Origin: Eledone cirrhosa
Taxonomy: Eukaryota
Direction of reading: 5' to 3'
Length of the DNA stretch: 64,000 nucleotides
NCBI GenBank assembly: GCA_964016885.1
Contig: OZ024746.1
Location: 42,470,001-42,534,000, forward strand
Positions within the stretch are counted from its first letter, which is position 1. Each line of letters begins with the position of its first letter. Below, piece after piece: positions 52,314 through 64,000 of the stretch. Both the position numbers and the translations under genes were made by a program. Under the pieces are notes generated by a model that made no database searches, had not been told where the DNA came from, and saw only the letters and a program-made list of their open reading frames with translations.

Positions 52314-53940
52314 ATTATTATTATTTTTAGTAGTAGTAGTAGTAGTAGGAAAACCGGCAGCAACATTAGTATGAAATGAAAATGAAAATAAAAATAGTAA
52401 TTGATGCATAGGTTATAAAACAAACTGCTGCAAGCACTCCTGCATTATATTTACTTGAGCCCATTCGTACACATTTATTTATATGACTCTCTAAATATAA
52501 CCTACTGTTGTCAGAAAATCAACCATTAAACCAGCTCCAGAGCAATCAACAGAAGCCAATAAAACAAATAGATTAAAAGATTACAGGAACAAAGCAAAGA
52601 GTGGCAAGAACCAATGGATTAGATATATTCTCATCCCAAAACCTATGAAGCAAAACTCTATACAGCTGAGGATAACCCATGTATAATCTCATGGTGCTAG
52701 CCCTTTACCTGATTTCTAACTATGCACATAGAAAATGAAAGAGAAAAATTCAACGCTAGTGAGATTTGAAATTAGAACACAGAAAAATACTGTTTGGAAT
52801 TTAGTATGATTAAATAGCAGATATATTCATTTATACATCAAAAATACTATTTAACAAAATCAAAGGAAAAGGTTCTGATAGTATCTTCAATATCAGAAAA
52901 GAGCAGGAAATGTGTGATATTCAATATGACAATAATATTAAAGTGTATTTTATTATTAAATACAAAAGGAGCAAGAAATCAAATTAGCAAGATATTGCTT
53001 GCTCATTAAGGCCACAGTGGAAGTGTTAGAGCACAGAGACTTCGAAAAAAAAAAAAAAAAAAAGTCTGGATTACAAGCTGAGGATCCGCTAAGGTGAAAC
53101 AATTGTTCTCGGTATGGTGAACTAACTGTTGTGTAACCACTTCTACCTAACTCGTCCCATGGACTCAGTGCTCTACCACTACGGATATTACCTTCCAGTG
53201 TTCTAGCACCATAATATATATATAGATATATAATATATATAAATAATATATATATATAATATATATATATATGGTGCATGTGTGTGTAGACATATGTGTG
53301 TATATATATATGTGTATATAATATTTATATATATATATGTATTATATATATATATATATATATATTGTACATGAATACACACATAAATGTATACTCATAT
53401 ATTCATATATTGGAGGATATAACATATTCACTGTAGTTAAAATATAATATATATCTCACTTTTTCAGTTTCCAATTTCAAAAGGAATCATTAGATTTTTT
53501 CATAATTTTCAGTTGACTCAAAAACTATTTAACATTTTTAATTTGTCAGAGAAGTTTGTCTATTTTGATATTTAATATGATGACTTTATATTTCATTTTT
53601 ATTTAGATATTTTATCAAAATAAAAATTACTGTTTTTGTCTTACATTTGATATTGTGATTACAATGATGGTGATGATGAATTGCTTTCTGTTTTCTAAAT
53701 TCTTCTTAAATAAAAAAAAAAAATTATTTTGAAACTGTCACACTTTTCTAGCTTTTATAATTTTCTTCATTATAAATTTACTGTTGCAAATTCAATTTAT
53801 TTTTATCAAAATTCACTCAAAATATTTGACCAAAAAAAAAAAAAATTATATTCATCAAAAGGGTTAATTTTGTCTCATTAGGTACAACAGTCAGTGAAAA
53901 GTATGTGTAAAATAAAATTTCTAATTTCATTTAAAATTAT

Positions 53941-54096
53941 ATACATTCATATATATATATATATACATACATATATATACATATATATATATATACACAT
54001 ATATATATACATACATATATATATATGCATATATATATATACATATATATATATACATATATATATATACATATATATATATACATATATATATAC

Positions 54097-54169
<73 letters not shown>

Positions 54170-54184
54170 TATACATATATATAC

Positions 54185-54236
<52 letters not shown>
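53941..54236. repeat. (TA)n/(TACA) microsatellite array
   Basis: Directly visible. Confidence 0.98.
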
Positions 54237-54237
<1 letters not shown>

Positions 54238-55131
54238 CAAATAACCGAACGTAGCCTCTTCGCGGCGGCCTCAATCGAGTATTTATCCAACATTTCGACA
54301 GCATGTAGAAACTGACTAAATATACCATCAACCATACACAATTAGGTGTAAAATTAAAATTTTTTGATTTTTTGATTTTTAATTTATTAATTCTTCATAG
54401 ATCTTAAAAGTGACCAGTTGCAACATGTATATATCTATAACTTTATGTATATGTTAACCTTTATATTTAATAATCTCCCAATAAGTTGAGATTAAATCTG
54501 GCGATATTTGGCTGCGCTTTCTAGCAGCAAGCCTACCCGCCGTAAGCAACCAATCACATTCTTTCTCTCTGGCTTGACCACAGCCACATAGCGATTCTTA
54601 GCCATTTTTGAATCTATTTTTGGCGGGATCGGATTGAAAAACTAGATGTCTAATTTTGAGATTGTCTCCTGATGAATCCTAACTCAGGACATTCCTATTA
54701 TTTGGATGTCTAAAAATAAGGAAGAAACCATGGTAGAGATATAATTACGGTATGTGCGCATTTCTTCTAAGTTTAATTTTGCACCTAATTGTGTATGGTT
54801 GATGGTATATTTAGTCAGTTTCTACATGCTGTCGAAATGTTGGATAAATACACGATTGAGGCCGCCGTGAAGAGGCTACGTTCGTTTATTTGTCGGAGAT
54901 TTCCCCATGAGAGCATTTATTCTTATAGCTTGTTCTAATTGATTTTTTATATGGTTAATTATGCTAATTAGAAGAAGAAATAGTATATATTTTATTATCT
55001 GATGATTCTAAAGACATGATTTATGATATATTGCTCTGATTTTTTAATTTATTAATTCTTCATAGAGCTTAAAAGTGACCAGTTGCAACATGTATATATC
55101 TATAACTTTATGTATATGTTAACCTTTATAT
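54237..55131 (+). mobile_element. Non-coding hammerhead cassette with direct and inverted terminal redundancy (Penelope-dependent or retrozyme-like)
   Basis: Direct repeat 54373-54466 = 55037-55131 (period 665). 54237-54358 is the reverse complement of 54772-54893. Hammerhead at 54663-54741. No real ORF; (TA)n on both sides. Confidence 0.75.
54663..54741 (+). ncRNA. Type-I minimal hammerhead ribozyme
   Basis: tgtctc CTGATGA a-tcct...agga-a GAAA ccatgg TA gagata. Stem III is the palindrome CCATGG and the GUA site ends at 54735. The base of stem II is an A.A mismatch. Confidence 0.72.
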
Positions 55132-55169
55132 ATATATACATATACATATATATATATATATATATATAC

Positions 55170-55200
<31 letters not shown>

Positions 55201-55216
55201 CATATATACACATATA

Positions 55217-55266
<50 letters not shown>

Positions 55267-55267
55267 C

Positions 55268-55298
<31 letters not shown>

Positions 55299-55310
55299 CA
55301 TATATACACA

Positions 55311-55346
<36 letters not shown>

Positions 55347-55351
55347 CATAC

Positions 55352-55400
<49 letters not shown>

Positions 55401-55417
55401 CATATATATATACATAC

Positions 55418-55450
<33 letters not shown>

Positions 55451-55465
55451 CATATATATACATAC

Positions 55466-55562
<97 letters not shown>

Positions 55563-55619
55563 CATATATATATACATATATATATATATATACATATACA
55601 TACATATATATACATATAC

Positions 55620-55689
<70 letters not shown>

Positions 55690-55872
55690 ATATACATATA
55701 CATATATACATATACATATATATATATATACATACATGTATATACATACATATATATACATACATATACATATATATATATATATACATACATATATATA
55801 CATATACATACATATATATACATATATATATATACATACTTATATATATACATACATATATATATACATACA

Positions 55873-55962
<90 letters not shown>

Positions 55963-56069
55963 TACACATACATATATATATATACATATATATATACACA
56001 TACATATATATACACATACATATATATATACATGTATATATACACATACACATATATATATACATATAG

Positions 56070-56108
<39 letters not shown>

Positions 56109-56133
56109 CTTATATATATACATACATATATAT

Positions 56134-56174
<41 letters not shown>

Positions 56175-56226
56175 TACATACATATATATATATATACATA
56201 CATATATATATATATATACACATATG
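55127..56226. repeat. 1.1-kb (TA)n/(TACA) array
   Basis: Directly visible. Confidence 0.98.
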
Positions 56227-56230
56227 TATG

Positions 56231-56510
56231 ACTGGGTGATGTGTTGTTTCCTTGAGCAAGACACTTTATTTCACATTGCTCCAGTTTACTCAGCTGTAGA
56301 AATGAGATGATAGGGACTGGGGTCCCTATCATTCCACTGCAAAGTGGTCGTGGAGGTGCGACGGCAAAAAAGCACCCAGCCCTCACTGTAAATGAGATTG
56401 GTGTTAGGAAGAGCATCCAGCTGTAGAAATCAAGCCAAAATCAGTTCCCGTCCCACCCTTGCAAGCAGGGAAAAGTGGACGTAAAATGAAATGATGATGA
56501 TGATGATGAT
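56231..56510 (+). mobile_element. SINE family 2, lacking the tRNA head
   Basis: Matches 25951-26217. Confidence 0.92.
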
Positions 56511-56524
56511 ATATATACATATAT

Positions 56525-57660
56525 ATGTATCTAGAACTGGACATGAAAGGAATTTGCCCATTATACAGGAGCAAATCATGGAATAGCTTAGATAGGGCTA
56601 GACATAAGATAGGGAAAGCCACCTCATGGTACGACAACCACAGATACCAGAGTGTCATGTTTGTGGACGCTACCCCTGGAGGGAAATTAGCTAACCAGTG
56701 TAGAAAGGCCCCGAGAAAGTCCCACTTAAAGATGAAGGTGGTAGAAAAGCCAGGAACCACCATAAAATCCCTGATCAGCCAAACCTACCCTTTTAAGAAA
56801 ACCCATTGTACTAGTAGGAAATGTATGATATGTAAAGTAAACCCCCGGATAAACTGTAAAACTAGAAACGTAGTCTATAGCATAAGATGTACAGAGGGCA
56901 CTTGCAGAAACATGACAACAACATACATAGGCGAGACAGCTCGTAGCATAGGCGAAAGGATAGACCAACACTGGGGAGAACTAAAAGGACGAAAAAACGG
57001 TTCAGTACTATATGAACATGCCAGACAACAACACGACGGTAACATAGACAACATAGAAATTAGAATAATATCTAAACATAGAAATGACCCAGCAGATAGG
57101 CAAATTAGAGAGGCCAGTGAAATAGAACTTAGAAGGCAAGGCTAAACATAAAAAATGAATGGAATAACAACAACACCGAAACAAACAACACTGACCTAAG
57201 AGAAGTATAAATAAATAAATAAATAGATAAATAAATGAATACATACACAAGCACAATAACAACAAACACATATAAACACGCACTAGTAAAGATAGAATAC
57301 ATTAACCAATACACAGTCACCCAAACACTATACACACACGCAAACGCATGCGCAAAGTAGACAAAAAAAACAACAAATAAAATAAATATATAAACAGACT
57401 AAATAAAGATGGCGTAGACATACAATGCAACGGGAGAAACAATAGCACCACTGACGATGTTGCAGATGTGCAACAAAAGAAATTTGATAGACTATATATA
57501 TGTGTTTGTGACTATATTGTATCTGTATTTTTGACCATTGGTCAGTCAATGGCAACACTGAGGACCGAATAAATTAAATTAACCGATATAAAAGACACAG
57601 AAGCGAAAAGCGAAAACCAACCAAACAGTGAGTGTGTTCTGTTATTAATTCTGGCAATAT
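56525..57660 (+). mobile_element. Penelope-like element 3' part: GIY-YIG endonuclease plus 3' non-coding region
   Basis: ORF 56525..57145 contains SVMFVDATPGGKLA, CTSRKCMIC, CKTRNVVYSIRC..C..YIGETARSIGERIDQH, SVLYEH and RQIREASEI. RT is absent (5'-truncated). Confidence 0.9.
57447..57488 (+). ncRNA. Decayed or variant hammerhead downstream of the PLE ORF
   Basis: acca CTGACGA t gttgca gatg tgcaac AAAA gaaat t tgat, with GAAA replaced by AAAA. Confidence 0.55.
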
Positions 57661-57695
57661 TACACAAATATGACCCCCCCCCCATATATATATAC

Positions 57696-57728
<33 letters not shown>

Positions 57729-57812
57729 CATACATCTATATATACATACATCTATATATATATATATATATATATATACATACATCTATCTATATATATA
57801 TATACATACATC

Positions 57813-57880
<68 letters not shown>

Positions 57881-57883
57881 CAT

Positions 57884-57922
<39 letters not shown>

Positions 57923-58034
57923 CATATATCTCCCATCTACGGCAACACTCATCTTTTTCCATTTCTCCGAGGGTTATAAACCCCACTATCAGGCTAGAAA
58001 TTTCTTGAGTCTAAAATACGGTGAAAGCTTATAA

Positions 58035-58097
<63 letters not shown>

Positions 58098-58164
58098 CAT
58101 ATATATATACATATACACATATACATACATATATATTTATACATATACACATATACATACATAA

Positions 58165-58241
<77 letters not shown>

Positions 58242-58314
58242 CATACATATGAGATACATATATATATATACATACATATATATATATACATATATATATA
58301 TATACATATATATG

Positions 58315-58912
58315 AGATCAGATTAGCATGGGAGGAGGGTGTTCCGAGGCCATAGTATCTAGAATAAGGACGGGTTGGAAGAAGTTCAGGGAGCTGCTTC
58401 CTCTGTTGACGAAGAAGGGTTTCTCCCTGCGTACGAAAGGCCGGTTGTATGATGCCTGTGTGAGGAGCGCGATGCTGCATGGTAGTGAGACATGGGCAGC
58501 AACCGCAGAGGATATGCGACGGCTGGAGAGAAATGAGGCAAGCATGCTCCGTTGTATGTGCAGTGTAAATGTGCGTGAACGACCCAGCATAAATGTGTTG
58601 AGAGAGAAACTGTGTCTGAGAGGGATAGAATGTAGTGTACGGGAGAGGAGACTGAGGTGGTATGGACATGTGATGCGCATGGAGGATGACCGATGGGTGA
58701 AGAAGTGCCAGGAAATGCCAGTTGAAGGAAGACGTAGTAGAGGTAGACCACGAAAAACATGGGCGGAGGTGGTGAGAACAGACCTCAGATCATTGAAGCT
58801 CACGGTGGAGATGACGAGGGACCGTGACGAGTGGAGAGATGCTGTGCTGAATAAGACCCGTCCCACCCTTGCAAGCAGGGAAAAGCGGACGTAAAATGAT
58901 GATGATGATGAT
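58315..58912 (+). mobile_element. 5'-truncated RTE LINE (family B, almost no 3' UTR)
   Basis: ORF 58328..58894 is uninterrupted ([47 protein letters not shown]). The tail is shared with SINE family 2. Confidence 0.93.
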
Positions 58913-58926
58913 ATATATATACATAT

Positions 58927-59048
58927 AGTTCCTGTATGATCAAGGCTTGGTCAGCCGACCAGACACTGCCCACAACAGGACAACCCGTCTAACCCATGCT
59001 AGCGTGGAAGAACGGACGTAAAACGGTGATGATGATGATGATGATGAT
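58927..59048 (+). mobile_element. RTE family A terminal ~120 bp
   Basis: Matches 41891-42000 and 51349-51461. Confidence 0.9.
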
Positions 59049-59071
59049 ATACATACATATATATATATACA

Positions 59072-59179
59072 TGATGGCTGCCCCTTCGTTATCGAGTATG
59101 GCCATTGCACAAAGGAAAAAAAAAAATTAATAAATAAATAAAAAAAAAAATAAAAAAATAAAAATATATATATATACAC

Positions 59180-59222
<43 letters not shown>

Positions 59223-61660
59223 CACACACATACATTAATAACAATAATAATAATAATAACAACAACAATAGTAATGATGACAACAACAACAATAATAATA
59301 TACATATACATATATATATAGACACACACGCACAGACACAAACATATCTACACACACACACACACACACACGATAGCAACTAACAGCGCTGCGATCGAAT
59401 GTGGCTTTTTAGCCCAGCCAATGATCTAAAATGTCTTGCACAGAGTCAGCAACCAAAACATTCACTAGGAATAGCTGGCTGTGGCTGGAGTTCATGTACT
59501 TTTGCATGTCGCTTGAGCCCTCCTGCTGATTTACATTCTCTACCACATGTTTGGCAAGCATGATGAGTAGCATCTCCAACAGCAGCCTGGTAGTCAACCA
59601 CTGGTCTTACTTTATGACTGCGAAGATGACTTTCAGGTCCAGCTTTGCTTAGGCAGAGACTCGCACAGACACTGCATGTCAGCACCACAGGAGGACCCTC
59701 GCCGTCTGGAAGTGCAACAGCAATGCCCTTCCTCACATCCCGCTTTACTTTCTCGTATGCGAATCGAGATGTCTCAAAGGCAACTTTTCCCTCATATACA
59801 GTCTTTCTCCATTTATTACAATCAGCAGCAATATTTTCCCATGTATCAGCAGAGATGTTAGCTTCTTTCAAAGAGGCTTTCAAGGAATACTTATACATCT
59901 TTTTCGGTTTACGTGGAGGTCGTTTTCCTTTAACCAACTCTCCATAAAAGAGTTGTTTTGGTATTCTAGAATCCTTCATCCTGGCAAGGTGACCACTCCA
60001 ACGGAGTTGTTGCTTAAGCACAAGAGCTTCTATACTGTCACACATAGAGCTTTCCAAAATCTCAACATCACTGATGTGGTCCCTCCAGTGAACGCCATGG
60101 ATCCGTCTGAGACACATCTGATGGAAACGCTCCAATTGCTTAAGGTGGTGTCAATATGTGACCCAGGTCTCGCAGGTATAAAGAAGACAAGAGAGCACAC
60201 ATGCCTTGTACACCTTTACCTTTGTCCTCCTGCATATGTCTCGCCAACCCCAGAGTCGCCTTTCTAGCTTTCCGAAAGCATCACTTGCTTTCCTAATCCT
60301 AAGTGAGATTTCACTGTCAAGGTTGCTCTATCGATTGACAGTGCTTCCCAGGTAGACAAACTGATCAACCATTCCAAGTCGTTTACCATACACATAGATA
60401 TTTGGTTCAGTGTACTGCTTACCAGGGGCAGGTTGGTACATGACGACGGTTTTCTTGAGACTGACAGTCAATCCTAGGGCAGTGCAAGCGTCAGAAAATG
60501 CATTCAAAATGTGCTGCATATCACTCTCTGTGTGCGCTACAAGATCGCAATCATCTGCATACAAGAGGTCTCTTATGATTGATGTAAATACTTTTGTCTT
60601 TGCAGCAAAGCGCCTGATGTTAAATATGCTGCCTGAGGTTCGATATTGGATGTAAACACCATGTTCGCAATTCCTGAATGCAATACAGATAACCATTGCA
60701 AAGTATATGGCAAACAGGGTCGGTGCTGGAATATCCCCCCGTTTCACTCCATTTTTTACTGAGATAGGCTCCGACATTAACCCAAGCCTTCATGTCGTCA
60801 TGGAAAGACCTAACTAAAGCAAGGAACTTATCAGGGCAACCAAGTTTCTGGAGAACCTTCCATAATGCATCTCTGTTAACAGTATCGAAAGCTTTTGTCA
60901 GATCGACAAAAACCTGATACAGATCCAAACCTTGTTCCATGCACTTCTCCTGGAGCTGTCTAGCTGAGAAGATCATATCAGTAGTGCCGCGTCCAGCATG
61001 AAAACCAGATTGATGTTCAGGAAGAACACAATCTGCAATGTGTGTCAGCAGACGGTCCAGAAGCACCCTACATAAAACTTTCCCTACGACAGAAAGCAAT
61101 GATATACCTCTGTAGTTCCCACAATCATTCCTGTTACCCTTTCCCTTGTACAAGACCACCATTACTGCATCTCTCCAGTCCTCAGGTACGGATTCATTAG
61201 CCCATATCCTGCCAAACATAGAGTGAAGATGTTGCAGGAGTCTCCCACCACCATATTGTAGGAGCTCAGCATGTATGCCATCCATACCTGGAGACCTTCC
61301 ACTGTTCAGCTTCAAGATAGCCACTGCAACCTCCACAAGTGTCGGAGGTTCTGCGAGAGCTACTTTCACAGGACTTTCTGGAATGAGATTGAGGAAATCT
61401 TCACTGACGACAGACGGCTGATTCAAAAGATCATCAAAGTGCTCTTGCCACCTTCGTAGAATTCCCTGTGAGTCACGAAGAAGTTCTTTGCCATCCTTGC
61501 TGCGAATCGGTGTCACCGAAAAAGAAGACGGTCCATAAACCTCCCGCAAGAGACTGTACAACAGCTTTGTGTTATTGGAATCTGACGCAGTTTGTATCTC
61601 ACCAGCCTTCTCACTCCACCACTGATCCTTCATGAGAGAAAGACTCCGCCTAACACGTGA
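59072..61660 (-). mobile_element. 5'-truncated RTE-BovB-like LINE with RT and C-terminal C2H2 zinc fingers, frameshifted
   Basis: ORF 60620..61720 (SPGMDGI, NYRGISLLS, FVDLTKAFDTV), ORF 60328..60777 (GVKRGD, LYADD, FVYLGS) and ORF 59446..60135 (LRWSGH, two CxxC..HxxxH fingers). The 3' terminus lies at 59072-59105. Confidence 0.95.
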
Positions 61661-61670
61661 TGTATATATA

Positions 61671-61867
61671 TGCCTGTGCCGTGAAGATTTTATAGTGAGC
61701 AAAGGCACTGCACAAAGCAAGTCCCACTCTCTTAACCAAGATGATATTTACCAAAAAGAAGGACAGGTCAACATCATTGGATACCATCAGGGTTGCAGGT
61801 GTTATATCAGAGTTTTCCTTCTCCTAGAATTCTGCCTTGACAAAGGCTAAGGGGTCATCTCTCCCGG
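61671..61867 (-). mobile_element. Internal fragment of the ~610-bp RTE derivative
   Basis: Reverse complement of ~28487-28681; the ORF track shows near-identical peptides at 61632..61850 and 28502..28741. Confidence 0.92.
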
Positions 61868-62009
61868 ATATATATATATATACATGCATATATATACATA
61901 CATATATATATACATACATATATATATATATACATAAATATATATACATATATATACATATATATATATATATATACATGCATATACATATATATATACA
62001 TATACATGC

Positions 62010-62060
<51 letters not shown>

Positions 62061-62271
62061 CATGCATATACATATATATATACATATATATATACATGCA
62101 TATATATATATATATACATATATATATACATATATATATACATATATATATACATGCATATATATATATATATACATATATATATACATATATATATACA
62201 TGCATATATATATACATATATATATATATACATATATATATATACACATATATATATATACATGCATATAC

Positions 62272-62302
<31 letters not shown>

Positions 62303-62316
62303 CATATAAATATACA

Positions 62317-62371
<55 letters not shown>

Positions 62372-62415
62372 GCATATATATACATATATACATATATATA
62401 TATATACATATATAT

Positions 62416-62471
<56 letters not shown>

Positions 62472-62799
62472 ACATATATATATATATACATATATATATA
62501 TACAACATATATATATATATATACATATATATATACATACATATACACATATATATATACATACGTATATACATATATATATACATACATATACACATAT
62601 ATATATATACATACGTATATATATACATACATATATATATACATACACACATATATATATATACATATATACATATATATATACACATGGTGGCTGCCAA
62701 CTCGTTTTCGAGTACGGCCACTACTTTATATCCATGTAGGAGAACCCCTACTGATGCGCTGAACGAGTGATATATACACATATATATATACATACATAC

Positions 62800-62856
<57 letters not shown>

Positions 62857-62862
62857 CATGTA

Positions 62863-62900
<38 letters not shown>

Positions 62901-63260
62901 CATACATACATACATACATATATATACATATATATACATACATATATATATACATATATACAGATATATACATATATATACATATACAGATATATATATA
63001 TACATATATATATATATACATATACAGATATATATATACATATATATATATACATACATATATATATATTTATATATATATATATATACATATATACACA
63101 TCCATATATATATACATATATATATATACATACATATATATATACATATATATATATATACATATATATATATACATACAACATATATATATATATACAT
63201 ATATATATACATACATATATATATATACATACATATATATATATATATACATATTTCTAG

Positions 63261-63291
<31 letters not shown>

Positions 63292-63360
63292 CACATATAT
63301 ATACATATATATATACATACATATATATATACATATATATATACATACATATATATATAC

Positions 63361-63416
<56 letters not shown>

Positions 63417-63417
63417 C
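61868..63417. repeat. (TA)n/(TACA)/(TGCA) arrays interrupted by a short TE fragment
   Basis: Directly visible. Confidence 0.97.
62688..62769 (-). mobile_element. 3'-terminal fragment of the ~610-bp RTE derivative
   Basis: Reverse complement of ~30079-30160. Confidence 0.92.
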
Positions 63418-64000
63418 TAGAAATACCATTCTGAGAGATGTGCAAAGGTAACATTTAAGAGATAAATTATTATTACATTATCACCAATTTACAGAGGTTT
63501 TAATTTCTAAAATGGACTTCAATTAGTTGCTTCACCATTTAATTATTTAATTAATTAATTAGTAATTCAATTAAACTTTCTATGTTACCTACTAAATCCA
63601 AAGAAGATGAAAGTAATGAAATTCATTTACCCAATCTATTGGCTGCTAGTAGCAGCCAATATATTGAATTAATGGGTCACAAAAATACCCAGTTTATGTA
63701 AATTACCAGCCTGTAATAAAAGATAAGTGATATTCTCAAAGACAGGTAAAATGTCTGATTCCTACAGCTTCATTAAGAGGGATTTCCTCTTTAAATAAAA
63801 CATTTATATAAACTGAACTTCTTTCAAATCCATTCAAATGTTCTTTCATTTTGTCATTTCATAAAATGATAGATGACCACAACAGGGCGGGTGTGTGTGT
63901 GTGTGGGGGGGGGGGATGTAGTGCCAGAGCAAATCCATTGAATCTAGGCTAGTATAAAATAGGTAGAATCTAGGGTAGTATAAAATAGATATATGATAAC

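Noticed and set aside
57555-57620. CTGAGGA...GAAA second hammerhead in the PLE 3' region
   Set aside because: No complementary stem II or stem I.
53894-63454. Long ORFs of 100-438 aa rich in Y/I/H/T/M/C/V
   Set aside because: They are translations of (TA)n/(TACA)n arrays, which lack stops in all six frames; not genes.
63940-63991. 26-bp tandem duplication at the window end
   Set aside because: Two units only; ordinary slippage duplication.

Overview
AT-rich, repeat-saturated eukaryotic DNA. The SINE/LINE families and very long (TA)n arrays point to a coleoid cephalopod, probably Octopus (inference). Host-gene signal is limited to two candidate in-frame terminal exons at the left end (422-513 spliced to 2506-2568) and two isolated micro-exon candidates. 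The rest is transposon-derived: several 5'-truncated RTE-clade LINEs (one with a PHD finger, one BovB-like with C2H2 fingers), a duplicated ~610-bp non-autonomous RTE derivative, two tRNA-derived SINE families, Penelope-like GIY-YIG elements, a Gypsy relic, a CRE-like 3' end, pogo/Tigger and piggyBac-like MITEs, and microsatellites. The long YIYI-type ORFs are (TA)n artefacts. The most notable signal is RNA-level: about nine type-I minimal hammerhead ribozyme motifs in 64 kb (four near-intact, five decayed). Most sit in short non-coding cassettes with direct or inverted terminal redundancy. One cassette reads as about 1.14 turns of a 665-nt circle, consistent with Penelope-dependent retrozyme or circular-RNA elements. 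All folds and protein similarities were judged by eye, with no database searches.
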